Shown here in pieces: positions 29,216 through 39,452 of a stretch of 39,752 nt of DNA (the first letter of the stretch is position 1; every line of letters begins with the position of its first letter). The DNA lies in assembly GCA_022561895.1 (NCBI GenBank), contig JADFQH010000002.1, forward strand, positions 1 to 39,752, written 5' to 3'. The stretch is from Methanobacteriota archaeon. GTDB taxonomy: Archaea; Halobacteriota; Halobacteria; Halobacteriales; Halalkalicoccaceae. The notes under the pieces were generated by a model, which ran no database searches, was not told where the DNA came from, and was given only the letters and a program-made list of their open reading frames with translations. Position numbers and translations under genes: made by a program.

Positions 29216-29659
29216 TTCGGGAGGCGAGTGAAGCGTCCAATCGGCTTGCACGCGAGCGCCGCCCCGACGACCCGGACAACCCTCGCCCGGTCGTGTGTGG
29301 GCGGGGTCGAAACGGTACGCTCGCTATCCTCGGTGATGGAGGCAGTGTTGAGGAGGATCGATCCATTGCGGTTATCGATAGTTGGTATAATGCGTTTGTC
29401 GACAATCACGAGAAGGCGACTCAGACGTCGGAGCCGTCTCGATAGTCGTATGGATAGGTCTATGGGGCTGTGTTTAATCGGATCTATTGAATCCGCCGAC
29501 GACGTAAGGACGAGTCACCAACACAAGGGGAGTGAAGTGGAAGAAGCCAGTTGGTGCAAAACGTCCTTTGCCGCTTCATGAAACAGGCCGTTAGTCCCTT
29601 CAGAACGTCTGCGTCGCTGGTGTACAAAGCTTTATCACCGGATAGAGATACGAATTTTC

Positions 29660-31039
29660 ATGACAGTAGACACGCTCATTACTGGTGGACAGCTGGTGCA
29701 GCCCGACGGACTACTTGACGCGAGCATCGCAATCGCCGGCAAGGAGATCGTTGCGATCGGCTCGGAGTCAGAGCTGCCTGCAGCGCACGAAAAGATTGAC
29801 GCCTCAGGGAAACTCGTGCTTCTGGGTGCTGTTGACGTTCACGTTCACCTCGACGATATGTTTTCAAACGATACATACGAGACGGCCTCGAAGGCGGCCG
29901 CACTCGGTGGAACGACGACGTTCGTGGACTTCGCGTGGCAGGCCTGGGTCGGTGAAGCAAGTATCTTCGACGAGGAGAGTACGCTCGTTGAAGGGATTGA
30001 ACGCAAGCAGACCAAGGCCGAGGACTCACTGATTGACTATAGTCTCCATGGAGCGATCACTCGTGACGACCTCGCTGTATTCGACGAATTCTCCGAAATG
30101 ATCGACAGAGGTGTCACATCCATCAAGATGTTCACGGCTTACGAGTTCGGACTATCGAACGGGTTCATTGACAGGGTCTTCGGGGAAGCGGCTACGCACG
30201 ATCTCGTGGCTGTCCTCCACACCGAAGATTCCTCGGTCTGTGAGGTCATCACTGAGCAGTTCAAGCGCGAGGACAAGGGTGAACCGGAGTACTATCCAAA
30301 ATCGCGGCCGGACTATGCGGAGGCGATGGCAGCCGATGACGCGATCACGATGGCGATGGAGGCCGGTTGTCGCTACTATGGAATCCACACGACTTGTCGA
30401 AAGGCTGCTGAGGTCATCGAACAGTATCGCACGGACAACCACGATATGATCCGCGCCGAGACCTGCACGCAGTACACCGTCGCTGACGACTCGCTGTTCG
30501 ATGAGGTCAGACTCCTGCCGATGGCCGCACCACCCCTCCGTAAGCCGGACGACAACGAGGCGATGTTCGAACACCTCGACCGCGGAACGCTGGATGTTGT
30601 CTCGACTGACCACTGTGGATATACTCGCAACCAAAAGCAGGTCGACCCGTGGTGGGAGGGGACGTTCGGCATGAACTCCCTCCAGCGGAGTCTGCCGGTT
30701 TTTCACGACGAGGCCGTCACCAGCCGTGACTTCAGCTATCCCTTCCTTGTCCGGAAACTGGCGACAAACCCGGCACGAATCTTCGGGCTGGCGAACAAAG
30801 GGACACTTGACCCTGGGACGCACGCAGATCTCGTGGTGTTCGACCCGAACAAGACCGAGCCAATTGACCCAGCGGACAACGCCTCTGTCGCGGACTTTTC
30901 CATCTATGCGGGACGCGAAGTCGGGGTGGTCGAGAAGACGTTCGTCCGAGGGGACCTCATCATAGACGAAGGAGAAATCGTCGGGGACCTAGGACATGGG
31001 ACGTTCGTCGAACGCGAAATCCCGATCTGGGAGAACTGA
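29660..31039 (+). CDS. Cyclic amidohydrolase (dihydropyrimidinase/hydantoinase/allantoinase family)
   Basis: DVHVH, ALGGTTT, SIKMFTAY, HTED, PPLR, STDHC, KGTLDPGTHADLVVFDP. Confidence 0.88.
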   Translation: MTVDTLITGGQLVQPDGLLDASIAIAGKEIVAIGSESELPAAHEKIDASGKLVLLGAVDVHVHLDDMFSNDTYETASKAAALGGTTTFVDFAWQAWVGEASIFDEESTLVEGIERKQTKAEDSLIDYSLHGAITRDDLAVFDEFSEMIDRGVTSIKMFTAYEFGLSNGFIDRVFGEAATHDLVAVLHTEDSSVCEVITEQFKREDKGEPEYYPKSRPDYAEAMAADDAITMAMEAGCRYYGIHTTCRKAAEVIEQYRTDNHDMIRAETCTQYTVADDSLFDEVRLLPMAAPPLRKPDDNEAMFEHLDRGTLDVVSTDHCGYTRNQKQVDPWWEGTFGMNSLQRSLPVFHDEAVTSRDFSYPFLVRKLATNPARIFGLANKGTLDPGTHADLVVFDPNKTEPIDPADNASVADFSIYAGREVGVVEKTFVRGDLIIDEGEIVGDLGHGTFVEREIPIWEN

Positions 31040-31349
31040 ATAAGGAGACCCATGACAACAAACCAACGTCCGATTGACGCAAGTGAGCGCCGAGACAGCA
31101 TACAATATACTGAGAAGGACATATAAACCTATTAATAGTGCTGTTCACGAAAATGACAATAATTAGATGTGGCTGTCCTGACTGAGCCTCTGTCTATCTA
31201 AAGTACGTTGCATTTCTAGTGGTCTGAGGAAATGAGGACTCCTCAGGACGCTCTTCTGTAGCGTAGCTGAACCGAGTCGCGAAGGTTAGGGTGTCCCGCT
31301 GATTGCAGTCGTCTATGTCCACTAAACGCGCTGCTCTCGGCGCAATGCT

Positions 31350-31452
31350 TGAGCAACTCACGCGCTCGTCCACAATGGAGAGGCCATCGTCATAGTGGAC
31401 GCACCCTGCTGCTTCGAGCCGGTTGACAGCCTGTCTCACCGTTTCGTACGGT
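31350..31452 (-). pseudogene. Fragment of HTH-domain protein
   Basis: YETVRQAVNRLEAAGCVHYDDGLSIVDERV is a recognition-helix/wing segment without intact flanks. Confidence 0.45.
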
Positions 31453-31464
31453 CAGTGAGTCGTT

Positions 31465-31755
31465 ACGATGAAATGACAAAATGAATTGAACGAATAAAAT
31501 GGGAGCAACGAACGAAACGAATGAAACGAACAGACCTCTTGGAACGAGCTTGCAGTATTCTCCAGTCAACGACTCGCTTGTTCGTTGAGTGAAACAATAG
31601 AAACGAATAAAGCGAATAGAATGAGAAAAATGAATGTGTTTAGTTCAGTGAGTGTAACGAATAGATGGTTTTAATATCCCTGTATTCGTCTCATCGAACG
31701 AAACACGCTCACTGAACGCACCGATTGAAACGAACGCGACGAACAAAACGAATTC
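31465..31755 (+). repeat. AT-rich region with many (T/C)GAAACGAA-type repeats upstream of second parA
   Basis: aacgaaacgaatgaaacgaac at 31511-31531, plus gaaacgaa, gaacgaaac and ttgaaacgaacg copies. Confidence 0.6.
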
Positions 31756-31771
31756 ACTACTATAAACCGAC

Positions 31772-32590
31772 ATGATTGATAATAACACCGCACGACTTAC
31801 CGTAGCAAACCAGAAAGGAGGCGCGGGGAAAACAACCGATGTTATCCACTCTGGTGGCGCACTCGCCGCACGCGGACACGATGTCCTTCTCGTCGATATC
31901 GATTATCATGGTGGACTCACGTGCTCGCTTGATTACAGCGAACTGTACTATGACACTAACCGGACAACCCTATTCGACGTTCTTGACTTCGATCAGATGG
32001 AGTCAGTGAACGACATTATCGTTGAGCACGAGGAATTCGACATACTCCCCGCCAGCGAGAAACTCGCGAATAACAAGAACATCCAGACGCTGCTTGAGGC
32101 ACCCAAGAGCCGAGAGCGTTTAGGGATGACTCTCAACGAACTCGACATCGACTACGATTACATCATCGTAGATACGCCACCGTCGTTAAACGTACTCACC
32201 GACAATGCGCTCGTTGCGACTGGAAACGTCGTTATCCCTGTAATTCCTGAGAAACTAAACGCCAATAGCCTCCAGATTTTCGCAAAGCAGTTGAGCTCGC
32301 TTGAACCAGCCTATGGTGACATCAATCGTCTTGCGATCGTGTGCAATCGTGTTGAGCAAAACGGCGAGCACTGGAATACTATTGAAGAAATCAAATCGGC
32401 GTACTCACTCCCTGTCTTCGAGATTCCGAAACGAACCGACCTGTCACAATCGATCGGGGAAGGCGTTTCCGTTTTCGGCTTCAGCAAGGAGAACAAGCGC
32501 GTCGAAGATGCCCGCGAACTGTTCAATGAACTCGCCGATCTGTTTGACGAGACGCTTGAGAAAACTGACCTTGAGGAGGTAGAAGCATGA
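31772..32590 (+). CDS. parA: ParA/Soj family ATPase (second)
   Basis: ANQKGGAGKTT, IIVDTPPSL. Confidence 0.9.
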   Translation: MIDNNTARLTVANQKGGAGKTTDVIHSGGALAARGHDVLLVDIDYHGGLTCSLDYSELYYDTNRTTLFDVLDFDQMESVNDIIVEHEEFDILPASEKLANNKNIQTLLEAPKSRERLGMTLNELDIDYDYIIVDTPPSLNVLTDNALVATGNVVIPVIPEKLNANSLQIFAKQLSSLEPAYGDINRLAIVCNRVEQNGEHWNTIEEIKSAYSLPVFEIPKRTDLSQSIGEGVSVFGFSKENKRVEDARELFNELADLFDETLEKTDLEEVEA

Positions 32591-33003
32591 ATGGCGGTTG
32601 GGGCGACGCCTCCGGCATTGAAGGGAACTATGAGGACGAGACTGACGACGCTGATTCCAGCAAGATGAGCGAGGTGAATGAAACGACAGTAGATAGTTCA
32701 TCAACTGAAACGAGTGAATCGAACACCACGAATGAAACGAATGAAACGAACGAAACGAACGAAACGAAGACTAATATCAAGGACGAATGGAACGGTCGAA
32801 CGATTTACGTCCCGGACAGCATTCTTGACGACCTAGAGGATACCTATCTTGAATCGCAATTGAAGCTGCGAAAAGCGGGCCAAGCCGAGTTCAAGAAGAA
32901 CCGCCATTTCTACCCTCTCCTCGTGCAGTTTGGCGTTGAGGCGTTTTCTAACGCTGATGGTGGTGAAATTCAGACTCGGCTTTCCAACCTCAGTGATGAA
33001 TAA
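32587..33003 (+). CDS. ParA-associated protein with NET repeats
   Basis: ATGA overlap; IKDEWNGRTIYVP...FKKNRHFYPLLV. Confidence 0.7.
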   Translation: MNGGWGDASGIEGNYEDETDDADSSKMSEVNETTVDSSSTETSESNTTNETNETNETNETKTNIKDEWNGRTIYVPDSILDDLEDTYLESQLKLRKAGQAEFKKNRHFYPLLVQFGVEAFSNADGGEIQTRLSNLSDE

Positions 33004-33388
33004 TATCGTTAGTGAGACTGAAAAAGGAGGTTTGGCTAGGTAGTAGAAACCTAGCCGGTTATGTAAAACTGAGAAAAGCCACTATCAGAAATATCATACA
33101 GCGACATATCATTTATATCGTCCATAAATGCGAGTGTCTGGCTTCAGAGACTCTTACCCCCCAATCTCGATGATATTTCTATCACTCCTACTGATCATGG
33201 TTATGCCAACAGCCATGACTATGAATGATTAGTCGCTTGTGCTTCACAGCATATACGCGAGACAATTTATCGGAGAACAACGAATTTAGCGTGATTACTT
33301 GTCTATCTAGAATCTGATGCAGCTACTAGCGCTGGGGTAACTCCGGTCATCGATAGTCTGAAATACATGGACAACGGACTAGCACCGT

Positions 33389-34102
33389 ATGCATCGCTCA
33401 TCTCCCGACCGTAATCGTGTTCATCCGGATGGCGGCACTATTGATCAGCCGCCACTCGATGTGATGAGTGAAACGAATCTTCGCCCACAAACGCTCGCCG
33501 AGAACGCTTCCCGGTTAGAAACAGTCGTACAGTTGCTCAACCAGCCAGCACTCACTCGCGTTTATGTGTACATCTGCTACTGGGGACCGGTTACGGCCGC
33601 CGACATCATCGAGACACTGGAACTCTCGAAATCGACGACGTACGAGTACATCGATTCGCTGGTTGCTCTTGGTCTCGCTGAACGCGACGACTCAACGCGA
33701 CCACAGCAACTCACTGCTGATCCGCTCATTATTGTCGAACAGTACGTGCCGATCGTCATTACACCGACAGTTCTCCATGCACTCGCGCTGCAAGAAATCA
33801 ATGACGATGTCGCGTACTTCGTCGACCGACACGGAGTCGGGAAGCTGATCGCCGCACTTCGCGGTGCTGGCCTGAACTTCGCGGGGAAGACAACCCAGCG
33901 GATGATCGCGAACGATATCGATGTCCCAGCCGCCGAGGGAATGACCATCGTCCATGCACTGCTTCCTGCGCTCGCGGTCGGTCAGCAACGCGATCCGTAC
34001 TTCGAGCATCTCTTCCCCGATGTCCACGATCAGATCGATATTCCGTATGACTTCGACACCGATCGACTGAATCCGGACCGTTCAGTGGTTGACGGCGAGT
34101 GA
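33389..34102 (+). CDS. TrmB-like winged-HTH protein (putative antitoxin/regulator)
   Basis: VTAADIIETLELSKSTTYEYIDSLVALGL. Confidence 0.75.
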   Translation: MHRSSPDRNRVHPDGGTIDQPPLDVMSETNLRPQTLAENASRLETVVQLLNQPALTRVYVYICYWGPVTAADIIETLELSKSTTYEYIDSLVALGLAERDDSTRPQQLTADPLIIVEQYVPIVITPTVLHALALQEINDDVAYFVDRHGVGKLIAALRGAGLNFAGKTTQRMIANDIDVPAAEGMTIVHALLPALAVGQQRDPYFEHLFPDVHDQIDIPYDFDTDRLNPDRSVVDGE

Positions 34103-34637
34103 TCTGATGGGTCGATCGTCTCCGCTGTCCACAGCGAACGCCATTCTCGTCGACGCGAACGTGTTGTTTGCGATTGGCGGCCCGCAGAATGCGAAGTATC
34201 GATCGTTCCGGCGGGAAGTCAGGCGGGCGGATGTCGTGCTCAAACTCCCACAGCGTGTTGTTGACGAACTCGGTGGTACGGGTTCGGATCGCATTCAAAC
34301 AGCTCTTGATGAGGGGTGGGTCGAGATCGTCGATGCGCCGTCGCTTCGTGATGCGGACGCCATCAACGCGAGTGATATCGCTCGGCGGACGATTGCGAAC
34401 GCTGATGATAAGCCCGAACACGAGGTCGAAAAGGCGGATACGATTCTTGCGGGCTTAGCGATTCAATATCTGGCGGACAGGAATACAGAGGGCGTCACCG
34501 TTCTGACTGGTGATACGGGGGCACAGCGTGGGATCGAGGCCGCGGTCCGGACCCATGGCTATGAGGACTCGATCGCCATCTACAATCTCTACGATATCAT
34601 TGGCGACGACCCCGACGACTCGCTCACGATCATTTAG
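34089..34637 (+). CDS. PIN-domain-like protein (putative toxin)
   Basis: ILVDANVL, VVDEL, ADTILAGLA, VLTGD acidic tetrad; overlaps the HTH gene. Confidence 0.65.
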   Translation: MTASDLMGRSSPLSTANAILVDANVLFAIGGPQNAKYRSFRREVRRADVVLKLPQRVVDELGGTGSDRIQTALDEGWVEIVDAPSLRDADAINASDIARRTIANADDKPEHEVEKADTILAGLAIQYLADRNTEGVTVLTGDTGAQRGIEAAVRTHGYEDSIAIYNLYDIIGDDPDDSLTII

Positions 34638-34695
34638 CGTGGTCGCCTCAGAGAGACTGAACGCTTTATTAAGTCGTGATCGTTGTGGAGCGGTT

Positions 34696-35991
34696 CTATC
34701 CTTCGAATGCAGCCGCGAGGCGCTCGCGCATATGATCGCGACGAAGTGTCCGGAGACGTTCATCGGAGAGATAGTTTTGGAGGACGACCTCAGGACTCGA
34801 ACTGCCTTGTTCGGCAGCGATCTCGTCGATTCCCTCGAGAACGATATCGAGTGCTGAGGAGTAGGCGTCGTACCAGAAACGCCGTCCCATTTGGGGGACG
34901 GGCTTTTCGCCATCGATCTCGGTCGGGAGGTTGGCGCGCTCTGCGAGATCGTTGAACCAGTTGAGGATCGTCTGGCGGCTTCGATGGCCTGTTTGGGAGG
35001 CAGGCGATGGAAATAGATAGCCGTTCCAGTCATCATCATCGACCATCGTCGCAAGCCGGTCTTCGAGTACGTCGCGACCGTAGAGCAACGATACTTGCCC
35101 TGGGCCGTTCTTCCGTACCTCGAACGCGATATGAGGGACCGCTGTGTTTGGCTGATCAAGCACGAACTGCGAGCGATGAAGGGCAGCTACTTCCCCAGAC
35201 CGGAGGCCCCATGCGCACAGCGCGAGTATCATGATCCGCTCGCAGTCATCTTCGGCGGCGGCGTAGAGGGAACGGACGTGATTTACGGAAAGCCGTGGAT
35301 TGTCTCCGTTTTCCGTCTGCCAATTAAACTCCTCGTTAAGGTCCGCAGCAGGGTTGACGCCCGCGCGTTTGCGCCGAACTAAGTGGGCATACCAGTTGTC
35401 CACGACACGGTGGATCCGCCGCTTGGTCTGGCCGCCGTCGAGGTCCTCATGAAGCCGATCGAACGTGGCCCAGCAGTCATCGACAGTTTCGTAGGCTGGG
35501 ATGTTGCTATCGCGAGCGATAGCAGAGACGAGATCCTCGGTGTCATTGGCTGTGGCGTACGTACGGACATACCGAGCGAGTCGGTAGCGGAGCGTGTTGA
35601 TCGAGGACTCGCTGAGACCACCGCGGCGACGACGTGACTCGAGAAAGGATTCAAGCGCGTCGATCGTCGGCTTGTGCTCGATACCCCAGTCGTATCCGCT
35701 GTCAGCTTCTTCGAGACCGAGATCGTGGTCCCAGAACTGGGAGAACGTCCGGTCGTGGTGTTCTCTAAGCGCGTATACGAGTGTCCGAAAATCGTGCTCG
35801 CGAAGCCAGTCGTGGGTCGGGCGCTCGGTTTCAGGATCGAGTCCATCGTCTCGCATCGTTGGCGCAATGACCTCCCAGTAGGCGTCAGTGAGTTCGTCGA
35901 GTGAAAGCAGTGTCCATCTGATTTTGTCTGCTCGTTGTTCGGATGGTATTGACGCGACCTGATCGGTGTTGCTCGTATTATTTGCCTTCAT
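34696..35991 (-). CDS. Tyrosine recombinase/integrase with N-terminal extension
   Basis: WGLRSGEVAAL, RKNGPG, PQMGRRFWY, C-terminal QNYL. Confidence 0.8.
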   Translation of the reverse strand: MKANNTSNTDQVASIPSEQRADKIRWTLLSLDELTDAYWEVIAPTMRDDGLDPETERPTHDWLREHDFRTLVYALREHHDRTFSQFWDHDLGLEEADSGYDWGIEHKPTIDALESFLESRRRRGGLSESSINTLRYRLARYVRTYATANDTEDLVSAIARDSNIPAYETVDDCWATFDRLHEDLDGGQTKRRIHRVVDNWYAHLVRRKRAGVNPAADLNEEFNWQTENGDNPRLSVNHVRSLYAAAEDDCERIMILALCAWGLRSGEVAALHRSQFVLDQPNTAVPHIAFEVRKNGPGQVSLLYGRDVLEDRLATMVDDDDWNGYLFPSPASQTGHRSRQTILNWFNDLAERANLPTEIDGEKPVPQMGRRFWYDAYSSALDIVLEGIDEIAAEQGSSSPEVVLQNYLSDERLRTLRRDHMRERLAAAFEG

Positions 35992-36488
35992 CTACGTTCC
36001 AGTACCGCAATTCACGATTAATACTACCCTACTGTCTTCCATAGCGAATCTACGACTGACATCGTCAGTCGTTAAGATATTTTATTAATTGTATTATAGT
36101 TGTTGTGGATGGTCAGACCGTCTCCGGTAAGGGATACGCACCTCGGTCGCAACGGTGGTCCGATTCGGCAAGAGTTCATCGACATCAACCACAAAGACGG
36201 TCTCGCCGAACAGTGCCATACTCCCAAGACCGCACGCAACTTCAACGCGGTCGAGTTCATGTTCAACGTAGGCCATCACACTCTCGACTGGCCACGAGAA
36301 TACTGAGGACAGTGTTCGAGGCCTCGGTATTGCGATCCTCAACGCAACGATGATCGGAGTATGCGTTCCTTCTCATGTCGATCACAGCGACTGTCCCATC
36401 TCTTAGCCCAAAATAAGTTAGCCCACACTAAGTTAGGATATACTATCTAAATCGACTATGTTATATACAAGGGATACAAACAGCGTCT

Positions 36489-37898
36489 ATGCTCCCCTTC
36501 GTCAACCGCGAAGCTGAGTTACATAGACTCCACGAGTTGTATGACAGTGACAGGCCGGAACTCGCAGTCGTTTTCGGGCGCCGTCGAATGGGGAAAACGC
36601 GCCTCGTCCTCGAATCAATCATTGAGTACGATAACGCAGTCTATCATCAAGCAGCACACGGCACTGCGGAGCAACAACTTGAAGCGTTTATTCACGATAC
36701 AGCAGAGACGTTCCCCGGAATAACACGTATTCGTCGCGACTGGGAACAGCTTCTCGGGTATCTTGCCGAGCAGAACGCGATCGTTATCATCGACGAATTC
36801 CCGTATCTCGTCGCCGAAACCAACGAACTCCCCTCTCTCATCCAACGAATCTGGGATCACGAAGTCGAAGGAACCGCAACGACGTTCGTGCTAACCGGCT
36901 CAGCTATCGGGATGATGCATGAGGTTGCGATCGACGGCAGTGCACCGCTATTCGGTCGATTATCAAAACAACCAAACGGGAAACTCAACATCGGTCCGCT
37001 CCCGTTCGCTGACGCGATGACGTTTTTCCCTACCTACGATCCGGTCGATCAAGTCCTGGCGTACGGGATCTTCGGTGGAACACCGGAGTACCTTCGCGCA
37101 ATCGATGATTCACAATCTCTCAAAGAGAACGTCACTACCACACTGCTACAACGAGCTGGGAGTCTTCATGAGGAACCGGAAGACGTCCTGTATCGAGAGG
37201 TGAAAGAGGTCAATCGGTACTTCGCAGTACTCAAAGCGATGGCTGAAGGGAATCGACAGGTCAACGAAATCGCCCAGGCTGCAGGGATTGCCCATGGGAG
37301 CAGTGGGTATTACCTCGACCGTCTCAAGGAGCTGCGGATCATCACTCGATCGTACCCGATCACGGTTGACCCGGCACGGAGTCGGAAAGGTCGGTACCAC
37401 ATTCGTGACCCGCTGTTTCGCTTCTGGTTCCGGTTTGTCTACGGGCGAACTGCACGATACGAGGTGTACGGACCGGACGGATACGATGATCTCATCGCAC
37501 CGGAACTCCCTGATTTTGTGAGTCCCACCTTTGAGGAACTGTGTCAGCGCTCAGTCTTGTACACGTATGGTGAGATGTATAAATTTACTGAAAAACCAGG
37601 CAACTGGTGGGATGGGAACGGACATGAGATCGATATTGTCGCTCCGACCGGGGACGAAACACTGCTTGTCGGCGAAGCGAAATTCCAACACCAGCCCCTC
37701 AGCTATGACGTTCTTGCACAGTTAGAGCAGGAAGCATCCTTAGTTGACTGGTCACCATCGAATGGAGGCTCTCGGGCGTACGAATACGCGTTGTTCAGCC
37801 GAAGCGGATTCACCAGCTCTGTTCAGGAGGCTGCTGATGACCGAACCGACCTTCGACTCTTCAACGTTGAAGATGTCGTGAACACCCTTTCGGGGTAG
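36489..37898 (+). CDS. Archaeal ATPase (ATPase_2/DUF234 type) with HTH and C-terminal PD-(D/E)XK-like nuclease domain
   Basis: FVNREAEL, GRRRMGKT, IIDEFPYL, DPLFRFWFRF, EIDIVA...GEAKF. Confidence 0.88.
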   Translation: MLPFVNREAELHRLHELYDSDRPELAVVFGRRRMGKTRLVLESIIEYDNAVYHQAAHGTAEQQLEAFIHDTAETFPGITRIRRDWEQLLGYLAEQNAIVIIDEFPYLVAETNELPSLIQRIWDHEVEGTATTFVLTGSAIGMMHEVAIDGSAPLFGRLSKQPNGKLNIGPLPFADAMTFFPTYDPVDQVLAYGIFGGTPEYLRAIDDSQSLKENVTTTLLQRAGSLHEEPEDVLYREVKEVNRYFAVLKAMAEGNRQVNEIAQAAGIAHGSSGYYLDRLKELRIITRSYPITVDPARSRKGRYHIRDPLFRFWFRFVYGRTARYEVYGPDGYDDLIAPELPDFVSPTFEELCQRSVLYTYGEMYKFTEKPGNWWDGNGHEIDIVAPTGDETLLVGEAKFQHQPLSYDVLAQLEQEASLVDWSPSNGGSRAYEYALFSRSGFTSSVQEAADDRTDLRLFNVEDVVNTLSG

Positions 37899-38447
37899 CC
37901 ACGTCACGTCAATTCTTCTGTCTGCGTTCCTGAAACGTGACTTGGAGCAGGACCTGTTTCTGCGTACTGTTCAGCGAGTTCACCCTCCTCGGCACTAAAC
38001 TCGAGAACCGGTTCGACGAGCGTGAGACTAAGCACTGAATATTCGTAGACGAATCGGATTGGAGCGTATCGAGGATTGAGAGTGTTGTCGGACTTTCGCT
38101 GTTGCTTCGCTCAGCTTTTCATATGGTCGTTTCTTCGTCCTGTACGCAAAATAAGACACCGGATTCGAGTGAAGAAGCCGCCGTGCTGTGGTCTGGGGTC
38201 GATCTAAGAGTTGCATTTTCGTGTGGTAGAGCGTTTTAATAAGATATTATATGGTTTTTGTGCTTGTACAGACGGGCACAGTCTCACAAAAGACCGATTC
38301 AAAACACCGAAATATGCGTGAAGAGAATAAACTTTATAGTGCTATATCAAAATTCCCACCTGCCGCTGCGAATGCCCCGGAATCTATGCACGAGAGCGGT
38401 GCTGAAGCAGGATTTAGGGGGTGCAAGGACCCTCAATTTACTGGTCG

Positions 38448-38481
38448 GCAACTGCCACTCACCCCGCTGAGTGGCAGTTGC
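38448..38481. other. Perfect 14-bp stem-loop downstream of transposase
   Basis: gcaactgccactca-ccccgc-tgagtggcagttgc. Confidence 0.6.
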
Positions 38482-38553
38482 TTACGGTCTGGACGAAAAT
38501 TTTGATCAGCTGGACAGTGATTCCTCTACGGAGGGGCTTGCCCAGAGCGGGTT

Positions 38554-39440
38554 CTACAGCACTGCGATCAACCTCCGTCGAAGGAAGCCACGAAACCGCG
38601 GGGCGATCACCCGCGGTTTCGTGCGGAATTCAACGACACCTAACGAAAGTTGCACTAAGAGGTCCACAAGCAACCACATATCGTACAACAGCATCGCGAA
38701 GCCGAAGTGGAACAACCGCACTGCGTACTCTTTCGATGTCGTCCACGGTGCGAAGTCTTTGATACCGCCGTAGGCGGTTTCAATCCCACCACGTCGGCTG
38801 TAGCGATTGATTCTGTAGCGAGTTTGGCGCCGATCAAGACCAATCTCGTCGTTTACGTCGAGATTGGTCAGAAACGGTTGGTAATGATCGCGATCCTCAT
38901 CCGGTGGGAGGACAACGAGCGTCGTCTCAGCTCTGGTTTTTCTCCGTCCACCTTTCACAGGACCATAGAATCTGTAGTCGTCCTTGACAGTAACTTCGTT
39001 GTTCATGCGCGCGATGAGGCGCTTGACGCGCTCATCGCGCCGCGCTGGGATCACGTAGAACAGCCCACGCTGTTCAAGTGCGTCGACAACGTCCGCGGCG
39101 TGAAACTCCATGTCAGCGAAGACGCGATAGACGCTCAGGTTGGCGCGATCTTCGACAATATCGACGAGCTGGCGGACAACGCCGCCAGCTCGGTAGGATT
39201 TCTCCTTCCCACGGTAGTCCTTAGGATCGTGGTCGTCGGCGTCACCGATCGGGAGCATCGCCGCGGTGAACAGCACGTTATCGCCGACGATGCTCGCTGT
39301 CGCAACCATGTGACACCAGTCATACGATTTGTCCTCTGGTACGCCCTGCACTCGAACGAGTTCGTCGCGTTCGCCGTAGTAGGCGATGTACGTGATGTCG
39401 ATCGCAATCATGGCTGGTCGTTCAAACTCGATGTAGGGCT
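38554..39440 (-). mobile_element. IS4/ISH3-like DDE transposase, 5'-truncated at the junction
   Basis: IAIDIT, FADMEF, YSRRGGIETAYGGIK (Y-x2-R-x3-E-x6-K), RLFHFGFAMLLYDMW; frame extends upstream as PYIEFERPA to about 39440. Confidence 0.8.
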
Positions 39441-39452
39441 GCGGCCCGCGTC

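Noticed and set aside
33034-33056. 8-bp hairpin after the parA partner gene as terminator
   Set aside because: Short, with no convincing T-tract; insufficient support.
36100-36306. Gene-like fragment ending FNAVEFMFNVGHHTLDWPREY
   Set aside because: Looks like a C-terminal remnant, but I cannot assign a family.
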